DNA of 64,000 nt from positions 54,569 through 118,568 of the IMG/VR virus record IMGVR_UViG_3300011006_000010. The stretch is one strand, 5' to 3'. Positions within the stretch are counted from its first letter, which is position 1, and every line of letters starts with the position of its first letter. Of the stretch, positions 57,657 through 64,000 are shown piece by piece. The notes beneath the pieces were generated by a model. That model saw only the letters and a list, made by a program, of their open reading frames with translations. It was not told where the DNA came from and did no database searches. Both the position numbers and the translations under genes were made by a program. The DNA comes from a virus (taxonomy: Duplodnaviria; Caudoviricetes).

Positions 57657-58923
57657 GTCTCATCATCTCCCTTCCCAAACATTCAAATAACTGTTTGTTG
57701 TACGTCAGACTGTTCCTCATACATTGCATTGTGTAGTACCCCTCAAGCCAATGTTTTCTGTATTTGTGAATCTTTTCCCCTTTGTCTCTGAAAAGGATGC
57801 CATCCTTTTTCGTCAGATTCGTATGCAAGCGACCTAATTTACGATATTTAAATTCTGAAGAATTGATTGCGTCTTTCACAAATTTCTCCATTTCATTGAT
57901 GTCGCTTTCGCAATTAATCGTTGAAAGACATGTACTCGCCCATGAGTGCTCGCCCAAATACATCCATCTAATGACAGACTTGAAAGCCGACTTTCTCTTA
58001 CGGTCTCTTGTCAACTCTAAAATCGTACTTTCAAAATTCCTGAATCTAGCAGGCGACAATGTGATTTTAGAACCCTTGAGTTCAAATCCTAAGAATTTAA
58101 TCCATTTGTCATAGTAGATTGACTCTACTTTCTTTGGATTCAGAGACACACCATACCGACCCATGATTTTTCTAGTTTCGGATTCGACTTTTGAATTTTC
58201 TGAATCGAGAACGATAACATCATCAGAGTAGCGATAGTACACTTTATATTTGTTGCTCATATATACGTCATAGTCATATGGAATGGCACACGCCAAGAAT
58301 GAAGCTACGGCACAACCCTGTTTCAATCCTTGATATTTCTTTCTGAGTTCGTTGTTCTCATCAAAGTACCAATCTTGATGATAATACTTGGACAGATAAT
58401 CAATAATGCAGTGTTCATCTTTTGGCAATTTGGATTTCATTTTTTCAAAAATCCCATCAATACATTCGATAGATACATTATCAAAGTATTTACTGAAATC
58501 CATCTTCACTCCAATGCGTTCTTTGACATCGCCATCACGAATTGCAATTTCCTCAATTTTAGATAATCGTCTTGAAATTTTCTTAATTACCATTTGAGTG
58601 CCGATACCTTTCTGATATGAAACACAATTTGGATGAATCATTTCGGGAAAAGCATCAAACAGACAGTCGTTGATAATCATCAGCATGATTCTATCGATTG
58701 GTTCGTTGATGTAGACCTGACGCATTTCTCCATTCTCTTTTGGAATCAGTCCAATATGAGGAGGGAAGATTTTATACGTACCTTCCCTAATACGTCCGTA
58801 GACCAAATTTCTAATCTGTGAATTATAGAAAACTGAAATCCATTTTGGATTAATATTTTTTTCTACACTTCTTTCTACGATTTTCTGGCAGCGATTTTCA
58901 TCGTTCATCATTTCCCAAAGCAT
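57643..58923 (-). CDS. Stand-alone reverse transcriptase (unknown-group type)
   Basis: 'IPKENGEMRQVYINEPIDR','MDFSKYFD','GLKQGCAVASFLA','YYRYSDD','LNPKK','IKFLGF'. Confidence 0.92.
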   Translation of the reverse strand: MLWEMMNDENRCQKIVERSVEKNINPKWISVFYNSQIRNLVYGRIREGTYKIFPPHIGLIPKENGEMRQVYINEPIDRIMLMIINDCLFDAFPEMIHPNCVSYQKGIGTQMVIKKISRRLSKIEEIAIRDGDVKERIGVKMDFSKYFDNVSIECIDGIFEKMKSKLPKDEHCIIDYLSKYYHQDWYFDENNELRKKYQGLKQGCAVASFLACAIPYDYDVYMSNKYKVYYRYSDDVIVLDSENSKVESETRKIMGRYGVSLNPKKVESIYYDKWIKFLGFELKGSKITLSPARFRNFESTILELTRDRKRKSAFKSVIRWMYLGEHSWASTCLSTINCESDINEMEKFVKDAINSSEFKYRKLGRLHTNLTKKDGILFRDKGEKIHKYRKHWLEGYYTMQCMRNSLTYNKQLFECLGREMMRLESL

Positions 58924-58929
58924 TCATAA

Positions 58930-59160
58930 TCACTTCCTTCCATATTTTTCATATTCTCCTAACGTCCACCATCTATAGATGCGTTCTTCGACATCGTTGC
59001 TTTCTAAAGGAAGATTTGTTCTAATCTTTCCCTTACTTGATGAGATATGAACCTGAATAGGTACGGTGAGTGTAAAGAAGTGATCGCCATGAATTTCATG
59101 ATGGTTTGAAATCATGGATTCGTCAAACAACAATTCTTCATTCAAATCTGGATATGCCAT
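58930..59160 (-). CDS. Hypothetical protein
   Basis: AAAGGAG RBS; directly upstream of the RT. Confidence 0.5.
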   Translation of the reverse strand: MAYPDLNEELLFDESMISNHHEIHGDHFFTLTVPIQVHISSSKGKIRTNLPLESNDVEERIYRWWTLGEYEKYGRK

Positions 59161-59184
59161 TTTTCTAAATCTCCTTTCTAATTT

Positions 59185-59472
59185 TTAATTTTTAAATCTT
59201 TCCCAATTCCATACAACTTCATCATAGATGTCAAGAAGTTCATATTCATAAATTCCTTGATACCTATGTTCGATAAGACCTACCTTAATCGCATCGTCAA
59301 GAATGTCTCTTGAGGCTTCATATGAGCCGATATTGTTCGCAAACACGCCGTCATTGATGATTGTGTCGGGTTCGTCAGCTTCGTCTCTAGCCTCAAAGTA
59401 ATACTTGTTCTCTTTTTTGTTTGGAAAGTGGCTTGCACCTGAAATGCAAATTTCAATTTTCTTAAATTTCAT
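59185..59472 (-). CDS. Hypothetical early protein
   Basis: AAGGAG RBS. Confidence 0.55.
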   Translation of the reverse strand: MKFKKIEICISGASHFPNKKENKYYFEARDEADEPDTIINDGVFANNIGSYEASRDILDDAIKVGLIEHRYQGIYEYELLDIYDEVVWNWERFKN

Positions 59473-59504
59473 TTTTCTATTCTCCTTTTTAAATTTTGTT
59501 TTCC

Positions 59505-59744
59505 CTAATCTTCTACAATGAAGCGACGACGAATACCGTTGTCTTCATAGATATCGATGGTTCTGGTGCCATCATAATTTGTCCTATCTGTAATTCTCTT
59601 AATCCATTTGCAAGAATGTAATTTTTTGTGTACGAGCATCCTTGCGAGGTCGCGATAGATTTTTTCGACGTCTTCAATCACACGAACTTCTGTGTAGACA
59701 CCATTCTTTTTGTCATAGACGATTTCAACTTCTTTTACTTTCAT
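59505..59744 (-). CDS. Hypothetical early protein
   Basis: AAGGAG RBS. Confidence 0.55.
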   Translation of the reverse strand: MKVKEVEIVYDKKNGVYTEVRVIEDVEKIYRDLARMLVHKKLHSCKWIKRITDRTNYDGTRTIDIYEDNGIRRRFIVED

Positions 59745-59763
59745 TTTTCTGTTTCTCCTTTTC

Positions 59764-60447
59764 TTATTTCAATTTTTCACGAACGAACTTAACGTTGTTC
59801 GCCTTGTAGCATTTCAAGCATGTGACACAATCTCTTGCTCCACAATTGATATCAATGTTGTGCTGATTGATATAGTCTTTTGTATAGACCGTGAAGACCT
59901 TATCAATGAAATTGAATTTTTTCAAAATTCCTTCATCGGTGATATTGAGTTTTGGACTTGAATACAGGATTTGCAAATTCTTAGGTTTTGCGTATCCCTT
60001 TTCATTAATCGCCCACTCAATAATGAATGGGTTCTTCGTCCAAAGTGCGAATGACTTATTCGGATTGTCATTGCAGATTTGGAAGTAGTTAGCTACTTGC
60101 GTAACGCTCTGCAGGTCGCCGAATGCTTCAAACCTGAAGTACTGCTTTGCGATTCTATCAAGAGACAAATGCTCTTTCAAAATTTCGGAATTCAGAATTT
60201 CAGTATTTGCAACATATTTTTTTACGAATTTCTGCCCGTAGAGCTTTTCAAGACCGAATACGTAACAGAAGTGGCAAATCAAATCCGTATTTTTTGAATA
60301 TTCAAGACAGAATTTATTTGCCTTGCGATAAGTAGAAAGGGAATAAATCCCTTTCATCTTGCCTGTGTGTTTTGTACACCAACGGACCCCCGTTGATTTC
60401 TCCCAAGACGCTTTTGGAAGTCTAGAATCTGAATTTAAATTTTTCAT
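59764..60447 (-). CDS. Gp88-like (radical-SAM-related) phage protein
   Basis: 'HTGKMKG..SLST','ICHFCY','FRFEAFGDL','FALWTKN','NCGARDC..CLKCY'. Confidence 0.55.
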   Translation of the reverse strand: MKNLNSDSRLPKASWEKSTGVRWCTKHTGKMKGIYSLSTYRKANKFCLEYSKNTDLICHFCYVFGLEKLYGQKFVKKYVANTEILNSEILKEHLSLDRIAKQYFRFEAFGDLQSVTQVANYFQICNDNPNKSFALWTKNPFIIEWAINEKGYAKPKNLQILYSSPKLNITDEGILKKFNFIDKVFTVYTKDYINQHNIDINCGARDCVTCLKCYKANNVKFVREKLK

Positions 60448-60451
60448 TTTT

Positions 60452-60808
60452 TCACTCCTTTTCTGTTTTGGTTTTCATAAATTCAACGGCTTCGTAGAAA
60501 CTGCCGAAATAGTGACCTTGCCACCATGATTGTGTGGTGTCGTTATACAACAAGACGACGACCCACGGTTCAAAGGTCGTACCTCGATTCAGAAGGGTGT
60601 AGTCGCCCTTTTGAAAAATCACTTTTAAATTTTCCCAATTTTTGACATACACCCTTAGGTCAATAAGGTCGTCTCTGCTGAAAGTGATGTCGCCTCTTGA
60701 ATAACGGACTAACACCTCTTTAAGCATGCTTTCGTCTCCATATCTGTATTCATCGAATGCGAATGCCCGTTCATAGGTTTCACGAACGCAAATTTTTCTT
60801 TTTCCCAT
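60452..60808 (-). CDS. Hypothetical early protein
   Basis: AAGGAG RBS; 'WWQGHYF'. Confidence 0.55.
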   Translation of the reverse strand: MGKRKICVRETYERAFAFDEYRYGDESMLKEVLVRYSRGDITFSRDDLIDLRVYVKNWENLKVIFQKGDYTLLNRGTTFEPWVVVLLYNDTTQSWWQGHYFGSFYEAVEFMKTKTEKE

Positions 60809-60881
60809 TTTCGATTCTCCTTTTAAATTTTTGAAATTTCAGCATTTAGGTGTAATATGTACATCTGTAGTTATGGTTCAT

Positions 60882-61097
60882 TCATGGTTTATAATTTAAT
60901 GCAATTATGCAGTCTTTATAAACATCGTCTGGGTCATCGTAGTCGGCTAAATCAAAGTCGTCACAAACGAATGCAGCTCTGCGAATGAGTTCTTTAATTT
61001 CATCTGTATCCCATGTGTCCTGAGCGTCAATTCTTTCCATGAGTTCGTCTAGTGTGATGTCTCTCAACTCACTTGGCGTTAAATTCTGATTTTTCAT
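60882..61097 (-). CDS. Small acidic early protein
   Basis: AAGGAG RBS. Confidence 0.55.
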   Translation of the reverse strand: MKNQNLTPSELRDITLDELMERIDAQDTWDTDEIKELIRRAAFVCDDFDLADYDDPDDVYKDCIIALNYKP

Positions 61098-61132
61098 TTT
61101 TTAGATTCTCCTTGTTCTCAATTTTTCAATTT

Positions 61133-61429
61133 TCATAATTTTATAGATGTAATGAAATAGTCGTCTGTTATATCTTCATAGAAATCTGCAGTTACGGTGA
61201 TATCTGCATTCTTCATTCTTTTCAGTTTCCCTTCTACATAGTCTGGGATTAAGAACGCAGATTTAAAATGTCTGCATTCATATGCGTTATCCGAAATTCT
61301 ATAGACTAAATTTCGGCTATAATTGACGTAGTAATAGACGGTCGTTGTTTTTAATTTGACAATTGCCATCAGTTCAATATCGGACGAACTGTCCAACTTG
61401 TATTTCAAAATCTCTAAATCTCTTTTCAT
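61133..61429 (-). CDS. Hypothetical early protein
   Basis: ORF with RBS. Confidence 0.5.
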   Translation of the reverse strand: MKRDLEILKYKLDSSSDIELMAIVKLKTTTVYYYVNYSRNLVYRISDNAYECRHFKSAFLIPDYVEGKLKRMKNADITVTADFYEDITDDYFITSIKL

Positions 61430-61653
61430 TTTTCTTTTCTAATCTCCTTTTAAGTTTTTGTTTTTTTTATTCTTCAGTTAATTGATCAAAATCTCTATAG
61501 CCGTACTGAACATAGAGAATGTCAGTTAATGACTTTTCATTGTATCCGTTTATACTTGTAACAACCTGAAGAGTTTCTTCGCTTGTGCCTAAGTCTAGAA
61601 GCACGTCCCACATTTCATCTAATTTCATTTTTTATCTCCTTTTTTGATTTCGC

Positions 61654-61704
61654 TTTTTAAAAGACAGCCTTTGAATTATCAGATTGAAAAATCAAGGACT
61701 GTCT
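61654..61704 (-). terminator. Putative intrinsic terminator
   Basis: On the - strand, AGACAGTCCTTGA...TCAAAGGCTGTCT-TTT. Confidence 0.5.
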
Positions 61705-61712
61705 AGTCTTAT

Positions 61713-61760
61713 TGTACAAATTACACCTTTTCATTTCAAGTAAAAAGTGTAATACGTACA
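61713..61760. promoter_or_regulatory. Inverted pair of 15-bp operator-like motifs
   Basis: TGTACAAATTACACC (61713-61727) and AGTGTAATACGTACA (61746-61760). Confidence 0.65.
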
Positions 61761-61840
61761 TCTTTAATTGTGAATTTCGTCATATTCATCCCAAATGTGA
61801 TGTCATTGTATGTATCGCAATCAATACAATTGCTACGGGG

Positions 61841-62152
61841 TTAAAACGCATATAACCTCTTTTTATTGAGAGTGGTTACGTATACCACCTCTCCTAGGTA
61901 CTTAAGCACTTCCCATTTAAAGGTGCCAATGGTGCGTATGATAACGTCTTCATAGATAGCTTCACACAAGCCCCATTTAAACACACACTCATCTACGAGT
62001 GTATCGATATAATCCTGCGAGAGGCTGATTACTTCGTGCCCTTCAGATTCAATGACTGCAGTCATCTCTTCGAGTTCTATGATGTCTTCAGTTTCATGGA
62101 TGTCATAGATGGAATCACCTTCCATCTCAATAATATAGATTGTTCTGTTCAT
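61841..62152 (-). CDS. Hypothetical acidic protein
   Basis: AGGAG RBS. Confidence 0.55.
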   Translation of the reverse strand: MNRTIYIIEMEGDSIYDIHETEDIIELEEMTAVIESEGHEVISLSQDYIDTLVDECVFKWGLCEAIYEDVIIRTIGTFKWEVLKYLGEVVYVTTLNKKRLYAF

Positions 62153-62355
62153 AATAGTATTCTCCTATAATGTACTAAAGCGTGCAGCTTCCTAATGAGA
62201 CTCTGACTCTTCGTCTAAAATTGCCTTGCCACAGTTGTATATGAGGATGGTGCCCCAAAAGAGGTGCCATATTAGCCATATGGTGAACGTGCGTACGTCT
62301 GTACACTCGTAGTCACATGCTACCAGAATGAATGATAGCATGATGATGATTATTC

Positions 62356-62550
62356 TCATGCTAGAGCACCTCCCACGACTTGAGCCACATTGTTATTGAT
62401 CCATTTCCGTGCGTGGTCTTGAAGACCTTTGATGTCAGTATGGTCTTCAATGAGATTGTAGATGTAATCATCTGTAGGTTGTAGGTGTCTGTTTTTGCAT
62501 AAGTCCACTACGATACTAGTGTTATTTTTCATGGTATAATTCTCCTTCAT
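62356..62550 (-). CDS. Hypothetical protein
   Basis: ORF; real start probably MKNNTS. Confidence 0.45.
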   Translation of the reverse strand: MKENYTMKNNTSIVVDLCKNRHLQPTDDYIYNLIEDHTDIKGLQDHARKWINNNVAQVVGGALA

Positions 62551-62556
62551 TTTGTC

Positions 62557-62772
62557 TTAGATTGTTATGTCTAGGGCGTAACCATCTTTGCATGGTGTTA
62601 TCTCCATGCCTACTACTTCCTTTTCGTGGAGGTATCTGAATCCCCAAAACTCTTCATATGTTACCGTGTGTTCACGGAGTTCAGTGATGTCTCGTAAGAA
62701 GATGAATCTAATGTATTTAGGTTCATTTAATAATGTGCTTACTAATTCTAATGTGGTCATTCCTTTATTCAT
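62557..62772 (-). CDS. Hypothetical protein
   Basis: GGGAG RBS. Confidence 0.5.
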   Translation of the reverse strand: MNKGMTTLELVSTLLNEPKYIRFIFLRDITELREHTVTYEEFWGFRYLHEKEVVGMEITPCKDGYALDITI

Positions 62773-63096
62773 TGTTATTCTCCCTTTCTTCTAGTGATTT
62801 GGTATCATGCCGTTGTAATGTATCGGGACGTAAAATTCCCTAATGAGATAGTAATTGACCGTAAATGACGGCAAAAGAAAAAGCCGTGTTTAACGGCTTT
62901 CCATGAATCTATTGGCAAGACGCCAATAGTTTGAGCGTTTGACTTGTGGCATGCTAGCGATAAGCTGGCCACAAGAATTTAAGTCGCGGCATTCATGCCA
63001 TAAGATTGTGCTGCACCAATAAATCGGATATAAATTTTTTCCTTCTTTAGTCATTTTTTTGTCTCTCTTTCTTTTTTTTCTTTAAATTTAGGGTGT

Positions 63097-63123
63097 AAAA
63101 AAAACGGGCGTTGCCCGTTTTTT
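63097..63123. terminator. Bidirectional intrinsic terminator
   Basis: A8-CGGGC-GTT-GCCCG-T6. Confidence 0.75.
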
Positions 63124-63129
63124 CTGAAA

Positions 63130-63732
63130 CTATTTTTTCTCGATATTTTCAAGCTTTTTCATTTTATGACTAATTTTCTTCTCAAGTCTGCCCATGTTTC
63201 TTGTTAATGTTCCATTGTCAAGAAGTACAACCATGCACATTTTGAACCCTTTTTGAGTTGGCGTAAAACCAACGTTACAAGTCGCTTGAATAAAATTCTT
63301 ATATGCTGCTTGAGTTGAGCATCTCAAACCAACGGTCTCTAAACATTTGTTGAATAGAGCCTTGTCTTTGTAAGCAAGTACCATCTTGCGAAAGACTTTC
63401 ATGTCACTTCTTGTAGGCTCTAAAGTGCTCGCATACTTGAGGGTAAGGGACTCCCTGAAGGTTTTCAACTCTGTTTTGCTTGCGCTTTTATGCTCTGCTT
63501 TATAAGCTTGATAGTCTTCTGTCTTTTTTGCGCTGACCATTAAGTCAGTGGCAAGTGAGTAAGCGAAATTTTGCGCCTTCTTTGCGTCGACAACTTCAAT
63601 AAGTCCGGAAGTAACCATGTTAGCGATGATTCTGTCGTAATCCGACGTGTTTAAAACCGTGTTGCGTGTGATGTCTTTTAAAGTGAAAGCTGCTTTAGTT
63701 TTAGCTGTCTTTGTTGTTTTAGTTTTAGTCAT
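63130..63732 (-). CDS. Basic Lys/Thr-rich hypothetical protein
   Basis: Probable start MTKTKTTK after GAGGACAAGG. Confidence 0.55.
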   Translation of the reverse strand: MTKTKTTKTAKTKAAFTLKDITRNTVLNTSDYDRIIANMVTSGLIEVVDAKKAQNFAYSLATDLMVSAKKTEDYQAYKAEHKSASKTELKTFRESLTLKYASTLEPTRSDMKVFRKMVLAYKDKALFNKCLETVGLRCSTQAAYKNFIQATCNVGFTPTQKGFKMCMVVLLDNGTLTRNMGRLEKKISHKMKKLENIEKK

Positions 63733-64000
63733 TTCCTTGTCCTCTTTCTTTTTTTCTTTCAGATAGGCAAGGCTACGCGCTGAAGCCCATCTGTGTATAT
63801 GGAGACATGTCACCCTCGCTCTTGCCGGCCGGCCGTCGTCGCGAGAAAATCCATATACATTCATCTATTCTTTTGTGTTCCACTTACCGGCTACCTCATC
63901 AATATCAGTCCAATGAGAGAGAGAGAAAGCCTTGCCTAGCAAGGACTTATAGAGTATGTTACTGATGATTGAGCGGAGGGAGACGCCTTGCGTCCCTGCT

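Noticed and set aside
57643-58923. RT as part of a diversity-generating retroelement targeting the tail genes
   Set aside because: No TR/VR pair differing at adenines was seen by eye, no Avd-like gene was recognised, and the RT is more than 40 kb from the tail genes. A target outside the window cannot be excluded.
57643-58923. RT as a group II intron maturase
   Set aside because: The flanks are tightly packed ORFs with no room for the intron RNA, and no domain V/VI or interrupted host gene was seen.
57643-59160. Classical retron with msr-msd upstream of the RT
   Set aside because: The upstream sequence is coding, there is no VTG motif in region 7, and the structured RNAs lie downstream in several copies.
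1-64000. tRNA or rRNA genes
   Set aside because: No cloverleaf or rRNA signatures were noticed by eye; tRNAscan-SE was not run.

Overview
About 64 kb of a large, AT-rich temperate phage genome from a Firmicutes (Bacillota) host, with SPbeta-like gene content. The host and family are inferred from gene content and sigmaA promoters/RBSs. Positions 1-14.9 kb (+ strand) hold the tail/adhesin module (three BspA-like LRR paralogues), the lysis module (SPP1-type holin, GH25 endolysin) and a helveticin-J-like gene. Positions 14.9-19.7 kb hold a GC-richer defence cassette (fused R-M protein, S subunit, Abi_C/HEPN protein) that appears to have replaced an older EcoRI-type methylase/HNH locus. Positions 19.8-21.3 kb hold a probable intact attP and a Tn916-type integrase. 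Positions 21-48 kb (- strand) hold nucleotide metabolism and replication genes (gmk, dut, nrdG, nrdD split by a group I intron with a GIY-YIG endonuclease, dnaE, ThyX-like, RecJ-like, primase, DnaB, AAA ATPase), an MrpR-like repressor and a second recombinase. Positions 48-64 kb (- strand) hold many small early genes. The best candidate for a novel system is a stand-alone reverse transcriptase (57643-58923, YSDD) with an overlapping 148-aa partner gene, followed by three structurally conserved but sequence-variable non-coding units (53689-53851, 55620-55753, 55756-55925). These units share a 40-nt motif and a covarying closing stem and carry interchangeable hairpins. Other highlights are a 15-bp operator-like motif with about 12 copies, a ~320-nt structured intergenic RNA upstream of the ThyX-like gene, and two poly-G frameshifts. 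All product calls come from motif recognition by eye; no database search was run.
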